From contig CAXXGO010000006.1 of assembly GCA_963666835.2 (NCBI GenBank), positions 2,144,001 to 2,208,000 of the forward strand: a stretch of 64,000 bases of DNA. Direction: 5' to 3'. Origin of the DNA: Phycisphaerae bacterium. Its GTDB lineage: Bacteria; Planctomycetota; Phycisphaerae; UBA1845. The translations under genes and the position numbers were made by a program. The notes under the pieces are model-generated. The model was not told the DNA's origin and did not search any database. It saw nothing but the letters and a program-made list of their open reading frames with translations. Below are positions 41,293-51,795 of the stretch, in pieces (position 1 is the stretch's first letter; each line of letters starts with the position of its first letter).

Positions 41293-41397
41293 GTGTCGCT
41301 TCCGTTGGGGAGAAGAACCAAGCTCACAGACGCAGCCGAGAGGGACTCCCGCATGCGCAATCTGTAACGTCTGCAGGGTGGGTCCGTGCCCGGCTCG

Positions 41398-42141
41398 CTA
41401 TTCGTCTGAAGTCTGAGCCTGGGATTCGAGGAACTCCTGGTAATTCACGAACGTGTTAGGCCCGGTGAAGATCGAGGGCTGTTCCGCTCCCGGTAGCAGG
41501 AACGATTCCAGCCGGACCCCGCCGGCGACCCGCGTGTCCGCGATGGCGCGGAAGATAACGGTATCTCCGCAATTGAAGTTACTTGGTCCTTCGTCGGGAA
41601 CGCGCGACAGAGGACTGAGAGTCTCGGCGGAGATTCCTACGCCGCCTGGCTGACCCACGTCTCCACCGCCAACGAAGACCGCGGTGTCGCTCGACAAGAG
41701 GTTCTCCCCCAACCCCACCCGGTTGATTGCGGAAGTTGAGCAGGGAAACAAGGTGCTCAGTTCGTTCGCCGGCGACGCTGCTCTGGTTTGGATGCGGACG
41801 GATTCGATGGTCGGCTCTGTGACGATTACGCCGTCGTCGATTACCGGCTCGCCATCGTCATCTAGCCTGACCGATTCTCGTTCGATAGCAACAACGAACC
41901 GTGCGTTCTGCCCGGTATCATTGACGCACCGGACCAGCACGAAATCTGCGCGAGGTCCCGGCGTGAGCGGTACGTATCCGCCGGACGTCGTGGTGACGAA
42001 CGCAGGATTGAACAGGGTACCGCTGTCGCATGCGACCGCCAGCAGCAGGCCACCGATCGCCGAAGCGATCAGCATCGATTGGGTGAACTTCCTGGTGCCC
42101 ACGAGAGTGATCCTCCAATCCCCGGACCGGGGAATCGCCAA
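41398..42141 (-). CDS. Lipoprotein of unknown function
   Basis: LLAVA|CDSGTLFNPAFV; start uncertain. Confidence 0.75.
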   Translation of the reverse strand: MAIPRSGDWRITLVGTRKFTQSMLIASAIGGLLLAVACDSGTLFNPAFVTTTSGGYVPLTPGPRADFVLVRCVNDTGQNARFVVAIERESVRLDDDGEPVIDDGVIVTEPTIESVRIQTRAASPANELSTLFPCSTSAINRVGLGENLLSSDTAVFVGGGDVGQPGGVGISAETLSPLSRVPDEGPSNFNCGDTVIFRAIADTRVAGGVRLESFLLPGAEQPSIFTGPNTFVNYQEFLESQAQTSDE

Positions 42142-42157
42142 CGCAATAGTACTCGAC

Positions 42158-42973
42158 CTATTTGATTTCCGTCACGAAGCGGTAGCGACCGCCGACTCCC
42201 GCCACCGTGGACTCGTCGTCCCTATCGTAAGACGGCGAATCATCTTCTCCGGTAAGGAACGGAACGCTGAACTCACCCTCCAACACGAACGCCACCACCG
42301 AGCCACAGTACGGTGAAACCGGTGCCGGGGTGTCACCCGGGGCGAAGTTGCGCTGCAAGGTCACATAATTGTCCTCGTCTACATCATCCACCTCCAGCGC
42401 CTGGAACCCCGGGGCGATTCGCTCGCGAATCTCAAACTCCGTGGTAACTGCTCCACCCACTCCCGTCGCCTCGACCAGCTCGTACACCGCTATCTCAACC
42501 GGAATGTACACTTCAATCGGGCGATCCGGATCCAACTCGACTTGGACGACGTCGCACGGGAACACGACATTCGAGACCACTGACTCGGCGAAATCCGTCA
42601 CCTCGACCAGCTCGGCCGTTCCTACGGCGTATTGGAAGCTGGCTTCGGTGCCGTCCTGGTAGGTTACCAGTAGTCGCATGCGGACTGCAGGCTTGATGGA
42701 GTCCGAAGCGATACTGGACAGCCCATCGAGATTGGCGAGCATGTACGCGAGCGTCTGCTCCTCGATTTGGGCGTTGTTAATGAAGGTTACGATGATGGGC
42801 CCCGTACCGTTATCGATGCTTGCCAGGGCGTTCGCAGTCTCCGCGTCCAACAACGTTACAAACGCGGGGTTCAGCGAATCGCACCCCAAAAAAGGGATGG
42901 TAACGCATGCGGAAATCAGTAGGACGCGCGCGATCGCCGGCCGCATGTTTCTAATGCCAGAAAAAACAGTCAC
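42158..42973 (-). CDS. Lipoprotein of unknown function, distant paralogue of the previous gene
   Basis: PFLG|CDSLNPAFV; shared FPC and CG motifs; GTG start after AGAGGG (alternative ATG at 42946). Confidence 0.75.
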   Translation of the reverse strand: MTVFSGIRNMRPAIARVLLISACVTIPFLGCDSLNPAFVTLLDAETANALASIDNGTGPIIVTFINNAQIEEQTLAYMLANLDGLSSIASDSIKPAVRMRLLVTYQDGTEASFQYAVGTAELVEVTDFAESVVSNVVFPCDVVQVELDPDRPIEVYIPVEIAVYELVEATGVGGAVTTEFEIRERIAPGFQALEVDDVDEDNYVTLQRNFAPGDTPAPVSPYCGSVVAFVLEGEFSVPFLTGEDDSPSYDRDDESTVAGVGGRYRFVTEIK

Positions 42974-43254
42974 GAGTGAACCCTCTTTCTGTTTACCAGT
43001 CTGCAGGAGCCACCAACGGCTCGCGCCACGCAGACGCAGAGCACAGCTTCCCCCAACGCACGTAGTATCTCTCACCAGAATGTCAGGTCAACCCCTGGAG
43101 CGGCAACACAACGCCGCGACCTTGAGAATAGACCTTGAAGATGCTCCGGCGCTCGGGGGGGCGGCGGTGGCTGCGGAGCCCGATTGATTTTCCGGGCCAC
43201 AAGCCCTACAAGACTGCTCGGAGGACACGAGAATCTCGTTTTAGGAGCAGGTAA

Positions 43255-45063
43255 TTGGCCGTTGCTTATAACCAGCGAAGCCACCGTTGCGGTGAGCTCA
43301 GGCTGTCCGATGTAGGCGCAGAAGTCATCTTGGCCGGCTGGGTCCACTCTACGCGGGATCATGGCGGCATGGCCTTCGTGGATCTACGCGATCATACCGG
43401 CATGACTCAGCTCCAGTTCGCTTCCGATCACGCTGCTGTCCACGAGATCGCCCAGGGTCTGCACAATGAGGACGTAATCGCGGTTTCGGGAAAGGTCGTG
43501 GAACGCCTTAAATCAAACCCGAAGCTGCCTACCGGCGAAATAGAGGTCGAGGTCACCGAGGTCGACGTTCTGAGCCCTGCCGACCCGCTCCCTTTGCAGG
43601 TAAACGATGAGTTTGACTCCGGGGAGGACATGTGCCTTCGCCATCGCTTTCTGCACCTGCGACGGCCGGAGATGCAGGAGAAACTGCGTCTAAGGCACAC
43701 CATTGGGCGCGCGATAAGAGAGTATTTCAACGACAACGGGTTCGTGGAGGTCGAGACGCCGTTTCTGACCAAATCGACCCCGGAAGGAGCCCGTGACTAC
43801 TTGGTGCCTTCGCGCGTACGCCCCGGGACGTTCTATGCGCTTCCGCAGTCGCCGCAGATTTTCAAGCAACTGTTAATGGTTGCTGGGTTCGACCGATACG
43901 CTCAGATCGTCCGCTGTTTTCGCGATGAGGATCTCCGCGCCGATCGGCAGCCGGAGTTCACTCAGCTTGATATGGAAATGGCGTTCGTGAAGCGTGACGA
44001 GGTCATGACCATGGTCGAGGGATCGATCAAGCGGATATTCAAGGACGCCCTCGGTATTGACGTGCCGGTCCCGTTCCCGCGGATGACCGAGAAGGAGGCT
44101 ATGGACCGGTTCGGCACGGATCGCCCTGATACGCGCTTCGGGATGGAGCTTCAGGACGTTGCCGAGATTGCCCGCGAGACCGGTTTTGCAGTCTTCACCG
44201 ATGCGATCAAGGCCGGGGGGACGGTCAAGTGTTTGGTGGCCAAGGCGGCGGCCGACCGGCTCACGCGGAAGATCACCGACGGGTTGACGGACGAGATCAA
44301 GGGTATCGGAGGTGCCGGGCTGCCGTTGGTCAAGGTGACGAGCGAAAACGGTGAGGTTTCGTTTGCAACTGGGATTGCGAAGTTCGTGAAACCGATGGTG
44401 GGTGAGCTATGTGCCAGGGTCGGCGCCGAGCCCGGCGATGTGATCTTCTTCATGCCCGGCACGGTTGCCGACGTCAACAAGTACCTGGATTACCTGCGCG
44501 GGCGGTTGGCAAGAACGCTGGATGTCATCCCCAAGGACCGGTGGGATCTTCTATGGGTTATCGACTTCCCTCTCGTGGCTTGGGATGACGAGGAGCAGCG
44601 TTGGACCAGCACGCACCATCCATTCACGGCACCTTTGGATGAGGATCTTGCCCTTCTGGACACTGATCCCGGCAAGGTGCGCGACCAGGCCTACGATCTG
44701 GTATTGAACGGCGTGGAAATGGCCGGTGGGAGTATTCGAATCCACCGCCGCGACGTTCAGCAGAAGGTCTTCCGCCTGCTGGGGATCAGCGACGAAGAGG
44801 CCCACGCCAAGTTCGAGTTTCTCTTGGAGGCGTTGCGGTTCGGGGCTCCGCCGCATGGCGGGATTGCGTTCGGGTTTGACCGTTGGGCGATGATGCTAAC
44901 CGGGTCGGACAGTCTCCGCGAAGTCATCGCGTTTCCCAAGACCCAGCGAGCGGTGTGTCCGCTGACGGAAGCGCCGAGCGAGGTTTCAAAAGCGCAGCTC
45001 GACGAGCTGTTCATCTCGACCAAGGTGCCGGCTGAGAAGACGACCGGGGAGCCTCGCGGATAG
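43255..45063 (+). CDS. aspS: Aspartate-tRNA ligase (RDHGG suggests the non-discriminating type)
   Basis: RDHGG, TPEGARDY, LPQSPQIFKQLLM, FRDEDLRADRQPEFTQ, GAPPHGG. Confidence 0.97.
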   Translation: MAVAYNQRSHRCGELRLSDVGAEVILAGWVHSTRDHGGMAFVDLRDHTGMTQLQFASDHAAVHEIAQGLHNEDVIAVSGKVVERLKSNPKLPTGEIEVEVTEVDVLSPADPLPLQVNDEFDSGEDMCLRHRFLHLRRPEMQEKLRLRHTIGRAIREYFNDNGFVEVETPFLTKSTPEGARDYLVPSRVRPGTFYALPQSPQIFKQLLMVAGFDRYAQIVRCFRDEDLRADRQPEFTQLDMEMAFVKRDEVMTMVEGSIKRIFKDALGIDVPVPFPRMTEKEAMDRFGTDRPDTRFGMELQDVAEIARETGFAVFTDAIKAGGTVKCLVAKAAADRLTRKITDGLTDEIKGIGGAGLPLVKVTSENGEVSFATGIAKFVKPMVGELCARVGAEPGDVIFFMPGTVADVNKYLDYLRGRLARTLDVIPKDRWDLLWVIDFPLVAWDDEEQRWTSTHHPFTAPLDEDLALLDTDPGKVRDQAYDLVLNGVEMAGGSIRIHRRDVQQKVFRLLGISDEEAHAKFEFLLEALRFGAPPHGGIAFGFDRWAMMLTGSDSLREVIAFPKTQRAVCPLTEAPSEVSKAQLDELFISTKVPAEKTTGEPRG

Positions 45064-45132
45064 GCCAACTCCAGGCGTGGCGAGGCCGTTGCCCATTGTG
45101 CCGGCCGACGCGGATGGGCGAGCCATGCCGGT

Positions 45133-45591
45133 CTAACCGGCGTTGTGCTTTCCGGTTGTCTCGTAGGAAGAGATCTTTTGGAGCCGCCGTTCGTGACGGC
45201 CGCCCTCGTAGTCGGTGCGGAGCCAGACATCGATAACGCGGTGGATCAGCTCCTCACCTATAAGGTCTGCGGGAAGGCACAGGACGTTGGCGTTGTTGTG
45301 TCGACGCGACATTTCTGCGGTGAGCTCGTCGTGGCACAGGGCCGCCCGGATGCCGCGGACCTTGTTGGCGGTGATGGACATACCGATGCCCGTTCCGCAG
45401 AAGAGAATCCCGCACTCGGTCTTGCCCTCGGCTACGGAAACGGCGCTGGCCAGCCCGATGTCCGGGTAATCACAGCCGGCGGGGCTGTCGCAGCCGAAAT
45501 CCTCCACTACGTGTCCTGCCTCCGTGAGAAAGACCTTGGTCCGTTCCTTGGCGGCGAAGCCGCGGTGGTCACTCGCCAGAGCGATCTTCAT
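45133..45591 (-). CDS. rpiB: Ribose-5-phosphate isomerase B
   Basis: ASDHRG, DYPD, CGTGIG, ANKVRGIRAA, HNNANVL, GGRH. Confidence 0.95.
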   Translation of the reverse strand: MKIALASDHRGFAAKERTKVFLTEAGHVVEDFGCDSPAGCDYPDIGLASAVSVAEGKTECGILFCGTGIGMSITANKVRGIRAALCHDELTAEMSRRHNNANVLCLPADLIGEELIHRVIDVWLRTDYEGGRHERRLQKISSYETTGKHNAG

Positions 45592-46700
45592 ATACTCATC
45601 TCCTGCAGCCGCGCCCTGAGGCCCTCCTCGATGGTCCGCGCGCATGCCTCATATTCCTGTTCATCGCCGCCAATCGGATCCCGAACGTCGATCCCGTCCA
45701 GCAGGGTTGCGGTTCGGTCGTGGGCGGAGGGTACCATATCCAGCACCGCGTTGCGATGTGCGCGGGTCATTGTGAGAATCAGATCGGCCTCGCGGATGCG
45801 CTCAACGGTCAGGTTCGAAGAGCGGTGTGCGGCGATATCCGCCCTGCGCCGCTCGGCCGCAGTTAAAGCGTGTGCAGATGCGGAACCCCAACCTCCTGCA
45901 ATGCCGGCCGAGGTGACCAGGATACCACGGTCGGGAAGTTCGCAGACTTCGCATTTCACTCTTTCCGCCAACAGCGCGGCCGCGATTCCGGCGGCCATCG
46001 GGCTTCGGCACGTATTCCCGGTGCAGACGAAGAGGATGTGCTTGGATGCGAGGCGTCGGATGGTCTTTGCGGTGTAGACCCCTTTCCGGATGATATCGTA
46101 ATCATCGCCGTCAATCCGAACGACCGTGGAAGCTTTCGCGTGCTCAGTGGGTCCCGCATCCACAAGGACGTCCACCAGTCCGTCGAAATGTTGGAGCACT
46201 TCATCCCCGGTTCGTGGGGGCGGCAGCCCGGGGGGGTTTGCGCTGGCGGCAACGACGGGTGATCCGGCCATTCGGAGGATATCGCGCGTAATCGGGTGGT
46301 CCGGGCAACGCAGGCCTACGAAACCGTCGACATACACCGCCGACAGGTTCAATCCGGCGTCATTCGGGGATGCGTCGCCTACCGTGCCGCGGACCACCAA
46401 AGTCAAGGGCCCCGGCCAGGCTTTACGCATAAGGCGGCTGGCGAGTGGCGGCGGGTCGGGAACGAGCTGTGCGACGTCTGCGGGATCGGCGATATGGACC
46501 GCAAAAGCCTTGACGGGGGGGCGTTGCTTCAATTCTCGCAGGCGTTCGAGCGCCCCGGCCACCGCGGTACAGGCACCGACTCCGTAGACCGTTTCCGTTG
46601 GGAAAGCCACCAAGCCGCCATTGCTGAGCACGGCACCGGCCCGGCGGGCGATCGCATCCCGACTGGTCTGCGAGTCAAGGCTGAGAACCTCCGTTGCCAT
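45588..46700 (-). CDS. Sua5/TsaC threonylcarbamoyl-AMP synthase fused to an LMW phosphatase (YwlE-like)
   Basis: PTETVYG, LKQRP, WPGPLT, SANPPG, STVV; then FVCTGNTCRSPMA and DPIGG. Confidence 0.92.
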   Translation of the reverse strand: MATEVLSLDSQTSRDAIARRAGAVLSNGGLVAFPTETVYGVGACTAVAGALERLRELKQRPPVKAFAVHIADPADVAQLVPDPPPLASRLMRKAWPGPLTLVVRGTVGDASPNDAGLNLSAVYVDGFVGLRCPDHPITRDILRMAGSPVVAASANPPGLPPPRTGDEVLQHFDGLVDVLVDAGPTEHAKASTVVRIDGDDYDIIRKGVYTAKTIRRLASKHILFVCTGNTCRSPMAAGIAAALLAERVKCEVCELPDRGILVTSAGIAGGWGSASAHALTAAERRRADIAAHRSSNLTVERIREADLILTMTRAHRNAVLDMVPSAHDRTATLLDGIDVRDPIGGDEQEYEACARTIEEGLRARLQEMSI

Positions 46701-46921
46701 AAGCTCCTCCCTGTTGGGGGGAAAGTAAGGGCGGGGTCCACGGCGGTCAAGCTGGGGAGGCGGACGGTTTGTCGCGTGGCGGAGGCGCGGCGTGTCCGGG
46801 GCTTTTCAACGTGAACAGCAGGGTGTAGGGTGCTGCTGTGTAATGAGGATGCGGGCCGCCGGCCCGCCTGGGGCGTTGCTAGGCACGCTCCGCTTCTGCG
46901 AGTAGCACGGAAAGGAACAAC

Positions 46922-49780
46922 ATGAGAACTTACGACAGACTGGGCAAGGTCTTTGCCGTGTTTGCGGTTTTTGTTGCATGCGTTCTCCCGGCTCAGGCGG
47001 GGCAACTGCCGAGTGACCCGAAGATCGTGCAAGGAGAGCTTGCTAACGGCGTGAAATGGCTCTACCGGCAGCACGACAACCCGCCGGGGAAGATGGCGCT
47101 GATGATCCACGTGGATACCGGCTCGTTGAACGAGACGGAGGAGCAACGTGGTCTGGCCCACTTCTTAGAGCACATGGCTTTCAACGGCACGGAGCATTTC
47201 GGTCCGGGCGAACTGATCAAGTACTTCGAGGGCATCGGAATGGAGTTTGGGGCCGATCTGAACGCCTTTACCTCGTTCGATCAGACTGTGTATATGCTGT
47301 TCACGCCCGACACGAAACCGGCGCAGCTCGATAAAGCCCTGACCGTGTTGAGCGACTACGCATTCCGGATGCTTCTGCTGGAAGAGGAAATCGAGAAGGA
47401 GCGAGGTGTCATTCTCGAGGAATCCCGCTCGGGCAAGAATGCCTTTCAGAGGATTCGCGACAAGTTGTGGCCGGAGCTGTTCGCGGGGTCGCGCTTTGCC
47501 GAGCGATTGCCCATCGGATTGGAAGAGGTCATCATCAACGCCCCCAAGGCCGTGTTTGAGGATTACTACCGGGCTTGGTATCGCCCGGAGAACGTGACCG
47601 TGCTACTTGTCGGTGACGCCAGGTCGGACGAGATCATCCCATTTGTCGAGAAGTGGTTTGGCGAGTATCGGTCACCGGTTCCGGCGCGCGAACCGCTCGG
47701 GGCGGAGTTCACCCCCTTCACGGAACAGCGTGCCATGGTGGTGACGGATCCGGAGATGGCGTTCTGCGAAGTTGGCATGATGAACATTTACCCCGGGCGG
47801 CCGCCGACGACGACAGTGAGCGCCTGGCGCACCGAGCTGGTGGAGTACATCGGCACATGGTTGGTGGACCGGCGATATGAGAACCGGGTCAACGAGGGCC
47901 TTGCCAGTTTCCGTGGAGCGTCCTCCAGCGTTTCGGACTTCTTCGACGAGGCGCTCCTGGTTTCCGCCAACGCCGAGGGCGAACCGCAGGATTGGGCGAA
48001 GATGATCGAGGAACTGGTTGTGGAGGTGAGCCGGGCACGCTCGTTTGGTTTTACCGACCGGGAGCTGCAACTAGCCAAGAAGGAAATCCTCGCCGAAGCC
48101 GAGCGCGCGGTGCGGACTGAGCCCACGCGCGCCGCCCGGGGTTTCCTTTTCGGAATGCTCTCAGCGGTCAACAACAAGGAGCCGATTCTCTCCGCCCAGC
48201 AAGAGCTGGACTTGCTTGAGGAACTGTTGCCCTCGATTCAGATTGCGGAAGTCAGTGAGACGTTCAAGAAGCACTTCCGCCCTGGGACATTTGCTTACAC
48301 CGTGGAGATGGTGGAGAAGGACGGAGTGCCGGTGCCGACGCGTGAGGACGTGCTGGCCTGCGCCGGGGCCGCGTGGGCTCGCCGAGTCGAACCGATCAAA
48401 GAAGACGCTGCTCCCACAGAGCTGCTGGCGTCGATGCCGACGCCGGGGAAGGTCGTTGAGCGCGTGGTCGACGCGGACCTCGATGTGACTTGCGCGTGGC
48501 TGGACAACGGCGTTCGGGTGCATCATCGGTTCATGGACTACAAGAAGGACACGGTATTCGTGAGCGTTGCGCTGGCCGGAGGCGAGATTGAAGAGACTGC
48601 CGCAAACTCCAAGATCACGGATGTCGCGTCGCTGGCAATCAACGAAGCCGCTACGAATCGGCTGACTTCGACCAACATCCGGGACATCATGACCGGGAAG
48701 AACATCCGGATCGGGGCGCGGGGCGAGGGAGACTCGCTCACCATTCAGATGACCGGATCGCCGATCGACCTGGAGGCCGGGCTGCAGGAGGCGCATGCTC
48801 TGCTGACCGACGGGAAGATCGAGGAGTCGGCGTTCAAGAACTGGAAACTCGGGATGCTGCAGCAGATTGAAATGATGCAGACCATGCCGATGTTCAAGGC
48901 CTACGAAGCGATGATGAGCCTGCTAACCGGGGATGATCCGCGGCTCAAGCCGATCACGAAGGAAGACGTCGAGCGGCAGTCAATCGCCGCCGCCCAGGCG
49001 TGGTTCGACCGTTTGTGTCGCGAAGCGCCGATTGAGGTTGCGGTCGTTGGCGACATCAGCGTTGATGCGGCGATGAGCCTCATTGAGAAGTACATAGGAT
49101 CACTTCCCAAACGAAGCCGGACCGCGGATCACCTGAGCAAACTCCGGCGCCTGGCCCGGCCGACCGGTCCGCTGGCGCGGCATGTCGAGGTGGAGACAAT
49201 GACTCCGCAGGGCATGGCCTTTGCCGGTTTCGTAGGATGCAACGGGCGCGATGCGGCGGATCGTAGAGCCTTGGACTTGGCCGCGAACGTTCTGGATAGC
49301 CGGCTGATCAAGACGATCCGCGAGGATCTCGGGCTGGTCTACTCCATCGGAGCCCGCAACAACGCGTCTTGGGTCTTCGAGGATGCCGGGCAGTTTGGCG
49401 CCGGGGCGCCTTGCGATCCGGCCAACGCTGAGGCAGTGGCCGAGAAGGTCCATGAGATGTTCCAGGCCTTTGCCGACGACGGTCCGACGGAGGAGGAGCT
49501 GCAGAATGCAAAGAAGCAAATCGCCAACAATCTCGACACCGAGATGAAGGAGCCGAACTACTGGTGGCGGGTGTTACGGCATATCGACCTTCACGGAGGT
49601 AACCTGAACGATGAGAAGGTGGAGAAAGAGGCGTTCTCGCAGTTCACGACCACCCAGGTTCGGGACGTCTTCCGGAAGTACTACAAACCCGCCCGGCAGT
49701 TCCGGGTGACGGCCGTTCCGACCAAGGCCGATGTCGCCGTCGAGGAGGAGGCGGGCGAAGCAGCGACCGCGGGTTCCTGA
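46922..49780 (+). CDS. M16 family (PqqL-like) zinc protease
   Basis: Signal peptide, GLAHFLEHMAFNGT (HxxEH), NAFTSFDQTVY, second half LDNGVRV and IREDLGLVYS. Confidence 0.95.
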   Translation: MRTYDRLGKVFAVFAVFVACVLPAQAGQLPSDPKIVQGELANGVKWLYRQHDNPPGKMALMIHVDTGSLNETEEQRGLAHFLEHMAFNGTEHFGPGELIKYFEGIGMEFGADLNAFTSFDQTVYMLFTPDTKPAQLDKALTVLSDYAFRMLLLEEEIEKERGVILEESRSGKNAFQRIRDKLWPELFAGSRFAERLPIGLEEVIINAPKAVFEDYYRAWYRPENVTVLLVGDARSDEIIPFVEKWFGEYRSPVPAREPLGAEFTPFTEQRAMVVTDPEMAFCEVGMMNIYPGRPPTTTVSAWRTELVEYIGTWLVDRRYENRVNEGLASFRGASSSVSDFFDEALLVSANAEGEPQDWAKMIEELVVEVSRARSFGFTDRELQLAKKEILAEAERAVRTEPTRAARGFLFGMLSAVNNKEPILSAQQELDLLEELLPSIQIAEVSETFKKHFRPGTFAYTVEMVEKDGVPVPTREDVLACAGAAWARRVEPIKEDAAPTELLASMPTPGKVVERVVDADLDVTCAWLDNGVRVHHRFMDYKKDTVFVSVALAGGEIEETAANSKITDVASLAINEAATNRLTSTNIRDIMTGKNIRIGARGEGDSLTIQMTGSPIDLEAGLQEAHALLTDGKIEESAFKNWKLGMLQQIEMMQTMPMFKAYEAMMSLLTGDDPRLKPITKEDVERQSIAAAQAWFDRLCREAPIEVAVVGDISVDAAMSLIEKYIGSLPKRSRTADHLSKLRRLARPTGPLARHVEVETMTPQGMAFAGFVGCNGRDAADRRALDLAANVLDSRLIKTIREDLGLVYSIGARNNASWVFEDAGQFGAGAPCDPANAEAVAEKVHEMFQAFADDGPTEEELQNAKKQIANNLDTEMKEPNYWWRVLRHIDLHGGNLNDEKVEKEAFSQFTTTQVRDVFRKYYKPARQFRVTAVPTKADVAVEEEAGEAATAGS

Positions 49781-50038
49781 GATTATGCGGCCCGGAGAAT
49801 GGTCTCGTTGGGTGGGGCGTTTTCTGACAGGATAGTCCGGTGGGAAACGTCACCCATGTTTGAGCCATGCCTGCGCTGCTGCTGCCGGTGTTTTCGGGGT
49901 GTAACGGGTAGCGCAGGGAGTGCTTGACAGCGGTTTTGGTAGCGCGTTATTTTCCCGGCGCTGAGTGTGTCTGCAACGCGATTCTCGCGGTGCATAGGGC
50001 ACGGTCTCCTTGGATATACATGGGTAAGGGGCCTGTTG

Positions 50039-51001
50039 ATGATTCAGGTGAGGAATCTAACCAAGAGTTTCGGTCCGCTGGTCGCCGTGAACGACATATC
50101 GTTTGACGTCGAGCGCGGCGGCGTGGTCGGGTTTCTTGGCCCGAACGGCGCGGGCAAGACGACGACGATTCGCATTCTGACCTGCTATCATCCGGCGACG
50201 AGCGGGTCGGCGACGATCGCGGGGTTTGATGTCTTTCGTGATTCGATCGCCGTGCGGCGGCGAATCGGTTATCTGCCGGAAAGCACTCCGCTCTATCCCG
50301 AGATGCGGGTGCGTGAGTACCTCGACTTCCGGGGGAAGCTGCGCGGGATGTCGCGACAGGATCGTACCACAGCGGTGCGGCGGGCGACCGAGCGGTGCTG
50401 GTTGGGCGAGTTTATTGAACGTCCCATCGGCCAGCTTTCCAAGGGAATGCGACAGCGGGTGGGGTTGGCTGATGCCATCCTGCACGAGCCGGAAGTGCTC
50501 GTTTTGGATGAGCCGACGATCGGGCTCGATCCGAACCAGATTCGCGAGACGCGCAATCTGATAAAGGAGCTAGGGGAGCAGCATACCGTTCTGCTCAGTT
50601 CGCATATTCTGCACGAGGTGGAGCAGGCTTGCTCGCACGCGCTGATTATCGCTTCGGGTAAGATCGTCGCCAGCGGCTCTCCCAAGGAACTGCGGGACCG
50701 GTTTAGCTCTCAGGGGCAGGTGATCGCCGAGATCCAGGCCCCGCCGGAGGACGTGGAGAAAGCCGCGTCGAACATCCCTCAGGTACAGGGTGCCAAGGCC
50801 TCGTCGGTGGATGGTTGGACGCATCTCGCGGTGACGCCTAAGCCCGATGCCGATGTTCGCGCGGACATCTTTCGAATGGCGGCCGACAAGAGCTGGCTGT
50901 TGCGCGAGATTCACCGAGAAGGGGCGACCTTGGAGGACTTCTTCGTTCAGGTCACGGCGCGGCAGCAGGACGAGCAGCGGGAGAGAGTGGCGGGCCGCTG
51001 A
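50039..51001 (+). CDS. ABC ATP-binding protein (GldA-like)
   Basis: GPNGAGKTT, LSKGMRQRVGLA, LDEPTIGLDPNQI. Confidence 0.93.
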   Translation: MIQVRNLTKSFGPLVAVNDISFDVERGGVVGFLGPNGAGKTTTIRILTCYHPATSGSATIAGFDVFRDSIAVRRRIGYLPESTPLYPEMRVREYLDFRGKLRGMSRQDRTTAVRRATERCWLGEFIERPIGQLSKGMRQRVGLADAILHEPEVLVLDEPTIGLDPNQIRETRNLIKELGEQHTVLLSSHILHEVEQACSHALIIASGKIVASGSPKELRDRFSSQGQVIAEIQAPPEDVEKAASNIPQVQGAKASSVDGWTHLAVTPKPDADVRADIFRMAADKSWLLREIHREGATLEDFFVQVTARQQDEQRERVAGR

Positions 51002-51075
51002 TCCGTCGATCTGCCCCGGCGGAGAATACTAGTAATGACAGGGAACTTTGGGTTTTCTAAAGGACGGAGTCGCTG

Positions 51076-51795
51076 ATGCGAAACATCTGCACCATGGCGC
51101 AGCGTGAACTCGGCGCGTTCTTCCTATCGCCGATCGCATACGCGGTGAATGCGATCTTCCTGTTCACCGCAGGGCTGGCATTCGGTTTGGGTACGTTCGG
51201 GCCGGGCTTGGAGGTGTCTTTAAGGTCGCTCCTGGATTTCTGGATTGTGCTGATTCTCGTGTTCGTGTTGCCGATGCTGGCGATGCGATTGGTCAGCGAG
51301 GAACTCAGGAATGGGACGATTGAGACGTTAATGACCGCCCCGATCACCGAGACCGAGGTGATCCTCGGGAAGTTTCTGGGGGCGTTGGGCTTCTACGTGA
51401 TTATGATCGCGGCTTTGTTGCTGTACCCAATCATTCTGGCGGTCTACGGGGACCTCGATGTGGGGCTGTTGATCTGCCATTACATCGGGCTGCTGCTGCT
51501 GGGGGGGCTCTACCTCGCGGTCAGTCTGTTCTTCAGCACACTAACGAAGCATCAGGTGATCGCAGTACTGGCCAGCTTCGCCCTGCTGGCCCTGATGACC
51601 TTCGCCTTTCAGGCGATGTCTCAGCTTGTGGAGGGCTGGCCAAAGGTGGTTCTGCAGCAGCTTTCGATTCGAAGCCACTTTCACGACTTCGTCCGGGGCA
51701 TGCTCGATTTGAATCATGTTGTGTTCTTCCTGAGCACGACCGGTCTGTTTCTGTTCCTGACCGTCAAGTTGCTGGAGGTGCGCCGATGGCAGTAA
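51076..51795 (+). CDS. ABC-2 permease (GldF-like)
   Basis: FFLSPIAY, SEELRNGTIETLMTAP, ILGKFLG. Confidence 0.92.
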   Translation: MRNICTMAQRELGAFFLSPIAYAVNAIFLFTAGLAFGLGTFGPGLEVSLRSLLDFWIVLILVFVLPMLAMRLVSEELRNGTIETLMTAPITETEVILGKFLGALGFYVIMIAALLLYPIILAVYGDLDVGLLICHYIGLLLLGGLYLAVSLFFSTLTKHQVIAVLASFALLALMTFAFQAMSQLVEGWPKVVLQQLSIRSHFHDFVRGMLDLNHVVFFLSTTGLFLFLTVKLLEVRRWQ

